Assembly: GCA_002633005.1 (NCBI GenBank)
Contig: NMRA01000522.1
Span: 8,897-72,896 of the forward strand
Direction: 5' to 3'
From: Phoronis australis
Lineage: Eukaryota > Animalia > Phoronida
DNA: 64,000 nt
The notes beneath the pieces are model-generated. The model ran no database searches. It had not been told where the DNA came from and saw nothing but the letters and a program-made list of their open reading frames with translations. The first letter of the stretch is position 1, and each line of letters begins with the position of its first letter. The position numbers and the translations under genes are program-made. Of the stretch, positions 26,801 to 41,800 are shown piece by piece.

Positions 26801-29800
26801 GGGCGCATTTCAACGCTCTGCGTTGCTCTTGTTTTGTTTTTGTCGTATACAATTTGTAATTTTTTCATAAAAGTCATAAAAGTTCTATTTTTGATAGCAT
26901 CTCATGCTGAAGTGGAACATCTTGAAAACAATTTTTAACTGTGTTTTGGAGAATAGAGCATAAACTATATTATCTGAAAGATTCATATGAATCTTTCAGA
27001 TAATATGGTTTAGGTCATTTCAGAAATATGGTGTTCTGAAGTTTGTCACAATTGATCATTTTTCTAGGGTCCTACATAACTTTAAACTTCTGAATTGTTG
27101 TTGTTTGCTTGCTTTGTCACTGAATCGTCTACTATAGATTTTGTGTTTGTTCTCAAATTCTTTGTTATTAAAGGTGCTATAATCCTATGCCGATTTTGGT
27201 CATTTACTGTTATGAAATTAGAAATGGTTTTTGGGCTTGTGGAGAACCAGAAGCTTGTTGTTGAATAAGGCCATGCTTGGCGCATAAAGTGACCTGTTGG
27301 GTGACACCAACTTGTTGAGAATGGTCTCGAGCAATAATGAATTATCAATTCTTACCAAATCCATAAATCCAAGTAATGAATGATTTGAGATTAATTTTTA
27401 GCGGTAAGTGTTTTAAAATCAAAAGTTAATTTTTGGCAAGAGGCAGCTTCACTGTAACTCTTCAAAGTGGAGCTCATGCAGTCTGCATTATTGTTGTTTT
27501 TCAGCCAAGAAAGGTCTGTTTGGAGATAAGAAAGACTTCTGGTGTATTTTGGAGCATATCCAGAACTTTATACCCGATGCTGTTGATATTACAACCAGTG
27601 TAAAGGATATGCCAAATGCCAAGTAAGACAGGAGCCACTGTAGCCTCCTCAAGCTTTGCTTGAATGAACATGTTTTAATTTGAAATAATTGGACTTTTTA
27701 CTGAAATGCAGGGAAATACTGAATAATTTAGTCATTTTTGTGTGAACTAGCTGTTCTTGTATAATCATAATACTTAGTCATCTATAACTTCACTCATCTG
27801 AAACTATAATCATAATACGACCAATTAAACTCTTATCAGCTGGATGTTCCATGAAATGACTGTTGTAACTCATATCATGTTTTCTATTCACTGAAAGTTT
27901 TTGTTTTTACATCTGCTTATGGGTAATATCTTCAAAGCTTTGAAAGTAAGTGAGTCTGAATTTTGCAAAACCTGAGTTGTTGTCTGATAACAAGCCGGTC
28001 ATCTTCCAATCCTCCTTGAAACTTGTCTGTCTTGCATCCAAAGTTCTAGTGGTTGAACAATGCTGGTGTTGGTGTCATGTCAACAGCATTGTTCATCCAT
28101 TGTATTTATAACATAGGATAGCACTATGCATTTGTTGTTAAGGAGCCTAAAATTTTCACGAAATTGTTGTGAATGTTGCATGAACAAACTGTATTCTTGT
28201 ACCTTCAGGACTTTACTTGGTCGTTCGCGGGCCTGGCTTAGACTGGCCTTGATGCAGAAGAAACTGGCCGACTATTTCAAGGTGTTGCTGGACAACAAAG
28301 ATGAACTCATTTGGTACTGTCATTAATGACTTATCTTGAGCAATTGTGCCTGGCTATCATTATTCAGGCAAAGGCATTGGTCCGTAATTATGTACTGGAA
28401 AATATACAGTCTTGGGTAGTTGTACTCTAGTCCATAAAGCACTGATTGCCAAGAGTGCAATTTAGTTCAAGCTTGAAATGGAACTTTAACAAGGGGGACA
28501 ACAATTCAGTCAAATGATATGTTCTGTTGGTATTAGGTAGATAATAATTAAATTCACATGCAGTGCAGTGTGGTTGTGTGGAGGGGTGGTCTCCCTCATG
28601 TCTGTATACCACCAGACGCAGGTCTCCCTCATGTCTGTATACCACCAGACGCAGGTCTCCCTCATGTCTGTATACCACCAGACGCAGGTCTCCCTCATGT
28701 CTGTATACCACCAGACGCAGGTCTCCCTCATGTCTGTATACCACCAGACGCGTCTTCTCACTCTCAGTTTGACCTCTGGCTAGTCCTTACTAAATGCAAT
28801 GTTTTACTCATTCACTGTTTTGTATTTTACAGTACACGCCAAAAATAATGACATAAAGTGACTCTTAAGTCCCATCTTGCTGATTAAGTTTAAGCAGAAT
28901 TCCCCACCAAAGGAGCTGAAATGATGTCTGGTCAATAACTATCATTATACCACAATATCAGCTTGGAATGGCCAATACAACCATGTAATAACCCATTTAG
29001 TTATCTCACTAGTGAGATAACATTTTGGCGGGAATCGAGGCCGGTTTCGATCCCGGTCCGCATGAGTTTGGAGTCGTCGACTTTACCACTCAGTGGCTGA
29101 AGTCATCGAACGTGAAAATAGAATACTTAAATGAGCACCCGCTACAATCGCATGTTCAACAAAGGGCATTGTACCGACATTTCTACGCATAATTTCCATA
29201 AAAGCGATATTTAAATTCAGTGAAATTTATCTCTCAATTTCTCTCACCTGTAAATCAACAATCTTCAATTTGAATGAGGGTATCGTGTCGTCGGGATCCT
29301 TTGATTTGAGCATTATACTCAGTTACCAGTGGTAACCAACTTTAGCTGACAATAATTTCTCTGTCGAAGCTTAGCTTGATAAAATGTGTTGCAAGCTATA
29401 ATAATTGCTAAACTGATAGATCACCTTTCTTTCCATTTTGTTTAAATTTTCAATTGGTTTTGAGTAAAAGCATTATTTGACAAAAATAGCTCGGCTTTTG
29501 TAAAAGGTCACGACCTCTGACCCCAGGCCTCTGACAGAAAGTAGTTACAAAGCCGAGGCAATTCGAAAAAATGTAGATCGATTCATTGCAATGTTTCTCG
29601 TTCAGTATGTGGTATAAATAGATTATTACATGTTCTCAGTCATTATCCCCATTATCTAGAGCCCGAGTAAATTTTGGAGAATTATCGCCCGAGGGGCGTC
29701 ACTATATTGATGAGGAAACAGACATTTTGTGGAGTATTTTGGTGTACATTGTTAGTGGATGTTACAAATTGATGTTGCTGTGCAATGTCAACTTTTTGAG

Positions 29801-32800
29801 TGTTTGTACAATTAGTATTTATTGCACTTTCAGTGAATTTTATGAGCCCGGGTCTATCATGCTTGAGGAGGAAGGAACAATTATTGGTGGACTTCTAGTG
29901 GGACTCAATGTCATTGACTGTAACATATGTATCAAGGAAGCTGATGACTTGGATGAACCTGTAAGTTGCACCTTACTTGACTATTAACACATTTTAGTGA
30001 CAGATAGTAGGATATGCTTCAAGAAAGTCCTCTCGACATTTTGTTAAAAATTTTGCTGATTTTTGAAGAGGATATAATTCAACAGCCTTTTGAAAACAAG
30101 ATGTCGTGTTTAGTGTCGGACGCTGCTGTCTGGTTTCAGTTCTTCATAAATAGAATGCAGTTAATTATGGCCGCACATCACCTTTACTTCTGTCTTGATG
30201 GCTCATGGATTATTAAGAAAGGTGTGAATTGGGTCCAAGTTGCTAAACTGTGAATGTAATACATAGGGTTTGGGTTCGTCAGTATTTGTTGGCTGTAACT
30301 TGCGTGGCTGGTTGAAGTCTGCTGACTTCAGTGGTTACTAACAATGTTAAGGTTATGTAATACCATATGGACAAGTGTGTACATTTAGCCAAATATATAC
30401 AAAACCATGCTAGAATTTAATTTGGAAAAAGTATAATATTTTTTGAAAATCGAAATTCTATAAAATTGATTTTTGACCTTATACCAATCTGCCACTAATT
30501 AAGTCATGTGACCTTGCTTTTTAGAAAAATTTAGCCAAAAAGAAAAGTGCATAGCAAAACGACAGGATCGATAATATGACAAAAGTTTACATGATATTTT
30601 TGTTCAAGGCAAAATCTAAAAACGCTTACAGTTTTCTAAATTATTGTTTTGCTTTTGTTTCATTCAACTTTTGAATTTCTTTTCATAAAATCCACAGAAG
30701 TCTTGTTTTTGTAGCCCCTCATGCAATCATGGAACATTTTAAAAACAATGCCAACTTTGTTTTGGAGAACTCTGATTAAAGCATAGTACGAGGAAGTTTC
30801 ACGTGAAATCAATCGGCCATTTTTGAGGTATGATGTTGCAAACTTGGCCAAAATTGGACATTTTTGAGGTATGATGTTGCAAACTTGGCCAAAATTGGAC
30901 ATTTTTGAGGTATGGTGTTGCAAACTTGGCCAAAATTGGACATTTTTCTAGGATCCCACATAGACTTAATGGTACCTGTTTTTGTTTCTTGTGTAAAACT
31001 GTCCATTTAAAGTTCAGCATTGAAAAGTTGCTAATCCTTTTACAGATTGGTGTTATAGATTTTAGTCTTTATCTGAAAAACAATCAAGACCAGCCTGATG
31101 AGGACGAAAGGACAAAGTGAGTAACGTCATACAAGGTTTTACTGTTGATATATTTCTTTTCATGAATACTGTTTTTGATTATTTGTAGTTTCATTATTAT
31201 CTGCATTTCCCTTTTTTACCATTTTTAATTTTGAAAGTTAAAGCAACATTATATTTTGTATTTGATCGTTCCATAGTCCTGAAATGCTGTGACTTGCTTT
31301 TCAGTCCTGAAGGTGACGCCAAAATGGCAGCCATATTGGATCAGAAAAACTACTTAGAAGAACTTAACAGGCATTTGAAGTAAGTATGCTTTGCAAGGTA
31401 TCTTGTTTTGTTGTTTGTCTGAACTTCCTTAAATTATTATTCATTTTCTTTGACTTGTGTGTCAGTTGTGGGACTTTAAGGGTCTTATTATTTACGTAGT
31501 TCACAAATGAAATGGATGAAGCATATTTCTTATTCTGCACTTTTGAATCTTAATTTGAGGAGGAACTCTAAATCAGATTTACACCAATTTGTTAGTAGTG
31601 TTTCTGATAATTGTTGTACGTTCAGTTGAAAATGTTACAAATGGCTGCATGCTGCCATAAGATTATGCTTCATTGCTATCCATCAAATATTTCCAGTGCG
31701 ACTGTAACTAACTTGCAACAGAAACTAGAAACAACAAATGCCAACAATACTCTCCTTAAGGAGGACCTGGCCATAACTAAGAACCAGCTGTTAGCCTTGC
31801 AGACAGAGAATGCAACACTTAAACAGGAGAATGAGCTGACCGTGATGGACCATCAGAAGAAATTGGATGTAAGACACATTTTTCTCGTTAATTTGGAAAA
31901 TTCAAGAGCTATGTGTATTTCCCTTTTCCAACAGTTTTAAAATCTTGAGACATGTACAGTAGATCCCAAAGTGGATGATGAACTCTGGGGGTTCCATTTA
32001 AGGCCATTTGGTGATTTCAGTTACTGTTTCACCAATGTACTAAACACCTATATAGTGATATCTCTTCTGCTCAGTTTGTGACTACTGACACCCTCTGTTG
32101 GTGTTATTGCATCATTTATCTCTGTCATTCAGTCGGCTAAACATGGCAGCCCACGTAATAGTCCGCGAAGAAGTCCTCGTCGTACAACAGTTAAGGTATA
32201 CCTGATGTTGTTACCAGGCATGCAATTAATGTGCACGTGTATGTATTAGTTGTCTTATGTATATCTCTTTTGTGTGTGTGTTATGATCAACATCCTTTCC
32301 TATGAGTGACAGAGTCCCACTTATGTTAATATTAGTACGCGTAGTTTGTGTTATATGCAATTTGTAATATTGTTAAATATTTTTAGTTTTAAACTATTTT
32401 CAATTTAACTGAGCAGCTTTATTGCCAAAGATTGTAATTGTTTGAACACTTTAAATTATACTAAATATCAACCCATGAAACCATGCACAGTATATGGTGT
32501 AGACCAGAGAAATGTCCCATGGCAGAATGGCTGTATTCGTGACTTTTTTCTAAATCATTATACAGTATTTGCCGTAATAACCGCTTATGCCCCTATAAGC
32601 GCCCCCACGCGTTTTCAGACTTTGCTAAAATAAGCGCCCAGTCCATCTACATGTATGTTCGGAAAATGCCTTACCTACAGTCCTAAAATTCTACAGTAAC
32701 GTCTTCAATTTATCAATAATATCCGACAGTCCTGAAAAAAATCACTGTGCGCAGAATTTGTAGACCACGAGCCTCGCCGCTATGTCGGTATTTAGCCGTG

Positions 32801-35800
32801 ACTATATACTTCAAACTTCCGCCATGCCTCAAAACGAACACAAAAGTTCTGTTGATATTGCGAGGACCAACGGTCTGGCCTTTCAGAACAGAAGTAGTGT
32901 ACTTGTTTACGAGATTGCTTTGTTGATATTTCCCGCTTTCAACAGGAATCCAAATTTCTTTGTAGGCCTACATGTAAAATCGCGAATCGAAGGCTAATAA
33001 AAAGCTTGAGTGGCCAGTGTTAAAAGCACGTGGCCAGGAAGCGCGCGCTACATATATGAACCTGTCATCAAAGACATTAATTGGGAACTATCCATTCATG
33101 AAACGGGTAGCATAGCATCGGCAAGAAATGAATATTGCCAATAATTTCAGACAGTTTCTGATACTATAAAAAATGTTTGCGTTATTTTTAAGATGAATTG
33201 TTTGATTAACCATAATTGGTGTTTTTAAGCCAAATATCCGATAAATTGACCACTGACATTGAATGCTTACACACCCTTACACCGAAAAATAATAGTCAGA
33301 TAGTCACGTACGCCGCATCCAACCACATGGCAACTAAGATGGCCTTACCAAGACAAATGTCAAACGTTTTTAGTGACATGAGACCGGCAAGTGCTGAATG
33401 AAACATGCTCTGGTTTAGGCCTACCGCTTGTGCAAATTTCTTTAGATACAATGCACATCTAGCTCGTTAGATTGCGTGGCTGTGGCCAAAAGACGGTATC
33501 TGCTCTGGCAAATGAACTCTGGTGACACGCACGCACTCGCTTCATTTTACTCACAAACGCAGACAACTTCAAAACAAACGTATCATGACAACAACATGTG
33601 TGTTCGTCCAGACATTTTTCTCATGTTGCTTATCATACATGTAGATGGCACAATGTAATAGCACAGATTTGTACTTAAACCTGCCGTGATCCATACTCCA
33701 CGGGAACTTAAAAATATTAGGGACGCTACTTGGAAAACTTAAGGAGAATTTCAGGTAATTTGCTTGAGTTGAAACTGTATTTTTATTCAAGCATTCAAGT
33801 CACCATATCGACGATTGCGAGGCAGGCAGTCGGCGAGTTTTCACCCTGGGATTTCAGCACAGATTTCTGTAAAATGATTGTATTTTAGCAGCAAAGTTTG
33901 ATAGCAATGCACCATGGTTTTGTAGAAAGTCTTTTCGTAGATTACAGATACGTCACAGAACGTAAATATCATGAATTCCGATTTCACCCGTTTCGGAGAC
34001 GGGGTTTCAACGGCCTTGGGTTATAATAAGCGCCCCCCCCCCTGAAACGAACTTTTCTAAGCGCCCTGGGCGGTTATTACGACAAATACGGTAGTAGTTT
34101 ACGGCAAATGAGATTGCTTAACTTCAGATGTTTGATAATTCCTGTTTCTGTATTCTTATACTTTCAAAAAGTTGCCAAAAACTTTTCACTGAATGTTGAA
34201 CTCTTTATTTTGAGCATCCTGTTCTATGGGTAAAAAGCTTAGATAATTGTCTTGTAGCAAAAAGAACAGAAATAATAGAAAATATTTTGCATCTGAACAA
34301 ACAAAAGACAATGTTTGGAATGACCTTCTGATATTGAAAAACTATGATGGAGGTTATTATTCTTCCATTGAGGTTCTTAATGCAAATAAGGTACTGTTTC
34401 CTGAGTTACAGTTACTACTTCCTAAAATCCCACCCCGTAACCCTTGGTAACAAAATCCAGCTGCTGTTTCCTTAATTTTAAAGACAAATTTTTCTTCTCC
34501 TTTTGAACCTACTAAAAACTAACTGAAATCAAAGAATGCTTTTCAAAAATTATTTTGTGACATCTGAATATTTAATAGAATGTCGAGTAATCTTAATGTC
34601 TTGACCTCTTTATGTTCTTCTTAATTTACTCCTTAAGATTTTAGTGTTAGTACAACAACTGTACTGTATAACACCATGTTGTATTACTTTCTTTAGTTGT
34701 TGCATGCTCTTTTGTTCATAGTCGGCTAAACAAGATATCGATGTGGAGCGCGAAGTGTATCAGACGTCCCGTGCAGGCCTCGATTCGTTGTATTCTGATA
34801 CCAAAAAACAACTTGATGAGGAAACTCAACTGAGACTAGTGAGTGTGATGATAGTTTGACCAAAGGTCACACTTTGTGCATATTGGGTTATTATGGGATC
34901 TTACCTTTAACTTATGTGTGACGCATATCTAACGTATTTATGATCACATTGGGTTATTATGGGATCTTACCTTTAACTTATGTGTGACGCATATCTAACG
35001 TATTTATGATCACATTGGGTTATTATGGGATCTTACCTTTAACTTATGTGTGACGCATATCTAACGTATTTGTGATCACTTTGGAGCATTCAATATGTAT
35101 GAGGTGCATATGATTTGCCTATGCAGTGTGCAACACTATTTCTTCTTACTATATATGCAGTGCATATAGTCAGTGTATTCAAAACACAGCCAAATTATGC
35201 TGACCACAAACCTGATACCATGGCATTTGCTGTCAGTTAGCTCAGTGTATTTACACTGTAAGTACGCTAGTTATACGTCCATTACATGTGGCTCATAGCT
35301 CGTGGGAGAGATCAACCTTTTACCACGTATGAGTCACTGATTCCTCTCAAACATATGAAGTGTTCTTAACATGCTTGATTGATGCACGACCAATCCACTG
35401 CATATTTATAACTGTGGGCTGCGTAACGCCATATGCAGTGTAGTTTTGTGCACGCCCATACCTGTCAAACGTACTGGGCCATACCGTATGCATGCTGGCA
35501 GACATAAAATTGACACAAACAATCGAGATGCATATCAGGTACATATTGTGTGTCTGACTGATGCTTATGGATGTACAAAATATGAGGAATAAGGATTTGC
35601 ACAAGTGTGACAAGGCCTTAATAAGTAATGTATACTGTATCATAAATGCTTTTATTGCATCCGCACATATCTGTGTCTGTCTGTCTGTGTGTCTGTCTGT
35701 CTGTGTGTCTGTGTGCGTGCGGGCGTGCGTGTGTGTGTGTTCTCAGTGACACGAAGGTGTCAGTAGAATGCTGCATGCCACTTTTGAATCTGCCCCGCCT

Positions 35801-38800
35801 CCAGGACCAGAGGCGATGGGAGTTTTCAGTGTTTTTAGGGATCATATCTAGAGAACCAATGGAAAGAATTCAATGAAACTTGGTACACACAGAGGTATGT
35901 GACAACAATGCACAGGCTCCAGTTGATTTTTTTGAGCAGATTGATCACTACAGCTCCTCATACTGGTCATTTTGTTCTCAACAAGGGACTTTTTTATCAG
36001 TAGTTTTGGGGAGATGAGTGTTTCCTGAAGATTTCTTACTAGAGAACTAATTGTTAGATTTTAATCAATCGTGACACAGAGACACGTTATTACAATTCAC
36101 CGGGAACCAGGTGATTTGAGACAGATTCAACCTTTATAGAATCCTCTTGTGGCCATTTTGGTCTTGACAAGATGTTTTTCACTCTTTTAGGAAAGTGGGC
36201 CAGGGTTGGGGCATTTTAGTATTTCTTTAGATGAGCTGTTCGGGGTGATATCTAGAGATCTGATTGGCGAATTTCAGTGAAACAGTGACATGCAATTATG
36301 ATGTTCCATCACAAGTCAATTGTGGGATGAGTTGGACCTCTTTAGTACCACACAGTGGCTTTTTTGGTCTTGACATTGGGCTTTTTTGGTCTTGACATTG
36401 GGCTTTTTTGGTCTTGACATTGGGCTTTTTAGTATTGTTGGGAAGACGAGTGTTTCTGGTGATATCTTGAAAAGGGATTGACGGATTTCACTGGAGCTAG
36501 TTGATTTTCAGGAGGATTTGACTACTGCAGCACCCCCTGGTGGCAGTTCTATTTTGCATGTGATGGCATCTATCAGTTTTGAACATATTCCAGTCATTGC
36601 TCTGCCTATTTTCTGTCTATCTTTGTGTCTGCCAGTAACCTCATGATTGTTCATTATGAAGTATACTAGACCTGATTTTTGGATACCCAGTGTCCCTTTG
36701 TGGCATGTTTTATTTCTATGTTGCAAATGCCATCAACTGTTTATTTATATTTTGATTTTATGTTAGTTTTAAATGGTTATGCACCAACACTTTTTTCAAT
36801 TTTGACTTGCAGCTCACCCTTGTGTTCAAATTGTCTCCTTTTACATTTCATGAACCTGATAAGCACCCCTAGAAACATACCGTTAGTGGTACACTGTGGG
36901 CGCATATCAATGCTTCAACTCTTTTGATTTTAAAAAAACTACCCAATGCAAAATGTAAGATGAATTGTTTACAAAATCAGGATAAACTCTTCCCAGTGTA
37001 TTGTAGTTTTTCATGATTATGACAATTTTCTACTAATTCAGGCAAAGGTTAACTCAAAAATTTATGTGTGTTCCAAAAGTACATTGCTTGGTGATATTTT
37101 TTGTCGAATGTGGTCTTGAGTTTTCCACAATCTCCAAATGTCAATCAAGAGTAATCGATGAAGCTCTAATGTCTTGCAAATTGGGATTCTATTTGACCAC
37201 AGGATGTTGAAAAGGAGCTACAGCTACAGATAAGTATGAAGGCTGAGATTGAGATGGCCATGAGACTACTTGAGAAAGATATCCATGAGAAGCAAGACTC
37301 TATTGTCTCACTACGTAAGCAGCTGGACGATGTAAAGAAGATCAATATTGAAATGTACCAGAAGTTACAGGTATACTGTGAGAGTTTGTTAGTAGATTAT
37401 AGCTAGAGGTGTAACTAATACACCTTTTGGCTGGAGCAACAGTCTGTTATTGTACTGCCTAAGGGGTTCTTACATGGTTAGCACATGTGTACCATTCTGC
37501 TCTGTTGGCTCTTCTTTTTTCACAGCCAGGTTGCCTACAAAACTTCAGCTGCTATTGAATTTCCTATGAAAGGGTTTATTTTATTGGTTGGAAGGTTCAT
37601 ATTTGCTATTTAACACCACAGAAACATTTCAGGTCTATAGTCCAATTGCTCTATTGTTATTTCAATTATTAAAAACATATTGTAGGATTTAAAACCCCTA
37701 CAAAAAATTATGTTATGAGAAAATCTACAAGGGGTGACATTTTCATAGGAGCTCCCAATAAATGTGTCCGTTTGAGGTGTGCTCTTTAAAAGCATGTGGT
37801 TTACCTTATTGACTCCTTAAAATATAGATACACTAATTCCCCAGTTGCATTATCCTGTTCAAAATATAGTGGGGTACCCTCAAGATTACCAGTTGTGAGA
37901 CAGTTGTGCATTTTAACTTTGTTCCATGTGGTAATTTTGAAATTTATTCTTCCATGTTTGCACAAAGATATTTCTGCTTCTGTATGATCAGTGCAGACAA
38001 ACAAGCTGAAGCCAATCTGGTAAGAGTACTACTACAACTTCAACTGATATTATATCACACTATATTAAACAATATGCCAAAACCTCTAATTTCAATTTTG
38101 TTTGTGATTGAAACACTGGAGAAACCTACAAATATACTTAATGTTATGCTTCATAGTAAAATATCCCGTTTTTTTCATGAATTGTAAAAATATTCTTCAT
38201 TCTCCATTAAACTCATTTAAAGTAGCCTACATACTGTCATGAATTATTGTGGCATTCCTGGATATTGTCATTAAAAAATCACCAAAACTTATTCTCACCT
38301 GCTTATTAGCATATGTACCTTAAATTTGCTTTGTTATCTAAACAGCCTACCTAATTCATCTTCAATTCATGTGTCGTATGTGAACTGGACATCTGGGTGA
38401 AAATGGGTCGTTTCCTGTTTAGTTGTCTAACACTTCTCTCCACTTAGCATGGTCAGCTTATAAGGGTAGTTATGGTCATCACCAAGTGGGAATCCATTTA
38501 AAGGAATATCATCTGTATTACTGTAAACTCGTGTGTCGATGACCATGCCCATGTAATTGTCCATCCCCGACTTTTGGTCAATTTTCGGTTTTAAGCACCC
38601 ACTGCTTGAGTAATCACCCATCCCCTACTTTGTGCAAATTTCCCCTAAGCATCCACTGCTTGAGTATTCTCCCGTCCCCTACTTTGTTCACATTTCCCCT
38701 AAACGCCCACCTTTCAGGTAATCCCCCATCCCCTACTTTGTTCACATTTCCCCTAAGCGCCCACCTCTCAGGTAATCGCCCATCCCCTACTTCGTTCACA

Positions 38801-41800
38801 TTTCCCCTAAGCGCCCACCTCTCAGGTAATCACTCATCCCCAACTTACTGCTTACAGAACTTGAGCTTGAACTCAGTGGCTTTGTTCACAGCTTCGCCTC
38901 AGACTCACACTTCCGTGTTTGCAGAAACACGGCGTGCTTATACCTGCGTACAATTGTTTCGAAAAGTGCGTTTTCAGCCAGAATTTGTTTAATAACTCAA
39001 GCGCTGCAAATACCTTTTTTTACACTAATCAACTTATCGTTTGTTAAATTAATATAGGCCTACTCCGTAGATTTTTATAGAAGTGGCGCTAGTCTACTAC
39101 GAGATTAGTCATTGTTCAGAGATTAAATGTGGACGCCCCCTTGTGATGAAATGGCATATTTTTTGCGACAAGCTCATAAATTGATATTCATAGCCTACCA
39201 GAATGTGCTCCCATTCGTGGAACCACAACAGTCTTGGGTCACGTGTTCCAAACACTCACCCCAGGAGATTTCTTTTAAAACGTACTGATTAAGTTAACGA
39301 TTTGTCACCCTGATTTTGGAAAAAAGACAATTCCCACTTACAGCTTTCTATTACCGCCCCGGTATTTTGGTTGTTTGGTGAAAGAAAAAACATGTTAAAA
39401 ATCCTTACAAGCAAAAACCCACTGGAGCATTCAGGAATGTCTTTTTAACAAACTAACTTGATGGCGACCGCGGAGCTGGTATTTCGCTTTTTTCTCTGCC
39501 CTCATCCTTGCATTGCGTCGGTAAACCCACGGTGAGAAATAATAATCTGGATCAGACTGTGAAGTTATTCGCACGTTGAAGTTGAAGGAAAACTTACATT
39601 TGAGGCCACAGGTAGGAAGGGACTGCGTGTGGATCTGCCACCTAGAGGAAGGCAAACCTTAAGATGCAAACGGTGTCAAAGTCCGTAATTGTGGCGGATG
39701 GGGGGGGACTGTTGGACACGTTCCGAGAGGACTGTGCAAATTATTTCATTCACGTAGTATGACAGAAACTCGTGCTGTGTTCTTGGGCAACACGGCGCCG
39801 CAAGACATGGGCGGGGTGGAACCATTAGCTAGACGCAGCTAACTTTATGAAGTTTCGTGTTCAAAGGGATTTTGTTCAAATTTCACACAACATCAAATAA
39901 TATGTTGACATTGACATGATATACATGTGGTTCTTTAGAGTTAGATCTTTATTTCTACACTGTTTGAAACTTGAAAGTTGATGCAAATTGTTTTATGTAA
40001 AACTGCATTCATGTTCGGATATTGTGCCCTGTGAATAGATGTTGAACAGTGTTACTGGTATTTGTATTTATGTAACGCGTCTTTCCTTTTTAGTGTACTT
40101 AATTGCCATAACAGTACATGGTGGTATTACGAACCTTAGGTCTAACAACCATGAGAAAACAGTGTTTAATGTAGGTATCCTTATTATGAAATAGAAATCA
40201 AAACAGTTACGCTCTATGTTATGGCATACGGGACTATGCAGTCATTGGAATTTTTACAGTGGGGCTTCGGAAAGCACCTGATAGAAGCCTACTTACGACG
40301 TCCTGTTCGTCACCAAGGTAGGATTGTCTAGGTGACAAATTTTCAAATTACCTCATCTGAATTTATTTTTTGTATCAGGCACCATTTTCAATGCTTATTC
40401 GAGTTCAGTAGACCAACAAGTTTTTAGTGTTTGGCGAGAACAGGAGAAAAACTTCAAGACATCGCCATGTATTTTCAGACGATGCACGTGATTTTGCTAG
40501 TTTTCTCCTGAGTTGACCGAGATTTGAATTGAACCCCCTCTTGTTGTAGTTGCTTTTGTAGAGCACGTGAGATTTATCTCGTGGGTCAACCCAGATTTAA
40601 ATTGAGCAATTATTCACACAACCCTCTCGTCGTATAATTGCAAACGGTTTGTGTCAGCCGGGAACGAATTGTTTGTGTTTTTAATCCAGTGCCAGATAAA
40701 CTAATCAGTGAATGGAAAGTTTATCGGGTTTAATACACAGGTGACATTAACAACGAGGAGACGGGAGTGTAAGAGTTCTAACCAAATACAGTCGTACGAA
40801 CAACACTAACAATACAATGGCGCAGGTAATGAAATATAGTCCCGTTCACTGATTTGAAATAGTACTTACTGATACGGTAAGTGGACAGTCATTCAAGCTT
40901 CATAAAGCTACTTGGTATGACATTTTGCAACGTCTTAATATTTTTGAAAACATCTGAGTTTTTAACAAAGTTCTCTTGAAACCATCCTTTCAAAGTGAAA
41001 ATCCTATTTCTGTTTGAGCCGTGAGAAACTTTGTGGTTGTCGGGCTCCGCTGATAAACTGAACTCAGGAGCTCCGTGCTCGAATGAAAGCCGAAAGCCCC
41101 GCGTGCTTGCCCAGTTCGGTTGAAACTTGGACGTAAGCGCCCACCTCTTGGGTAATCGCCCACTCCCCTGCCAAAAGTTTTCCCCAATTTAAGCGCCCAG
41201 GGCGTTAACCCACAAGTTTACGGTTTGTATCATAATTTGCATCAACACCAAGAGTATGATATTAAGCCTAGTATACTTATAAGAGTGGTTATGGTCATGG
41301 CCTAGTGGGAACCCACTTGAAGGATTATCACGTTTAGTGTCATAATTTGCATCAACACCAAGAGAATGATATTAAGCCTAGTATACTTATAAGAGTGGTT
41401 ATGGTCATGGCCTGGTGGGAACCCACTTGAAGGATTATCATGTTTAGTGTCATAATTTACATCAACACCAAGAGTATGATATTATAAGAGTGGTTATGGT
41501 CATGGCCTGGTGGGAACCCACTTGAAGGATTATCACGTTTAGTGTCATAATTTGCATCACACCAAGAGAATGATATTAAGCCTAGTATACTTATAAGAGT
41601 GGTTATGCCCATGGCCTGGTGGGAACCCACTTGAAGGATTATCACGTTTAGTGTCATAGTTTACATCAACACCAAGAGTACACTTCAGTGTACTGATTTT
41701 CAGGCGTTAATTTTCTTTAAGTTGAGCACTAGATCTAAAGATCTAACTTGAAAATGTGTTTGCTGTAAACCCCAGGCCTGTAACTGCACCAGGGTTGTTC

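Noticed and set aside
28427-28848. Five overlapping repetitive ORFs / CRISPR-like appearance
   Set aside because: Head-to-tail 33-bp repeat with no unique spacers, in a eukaryotic intron.
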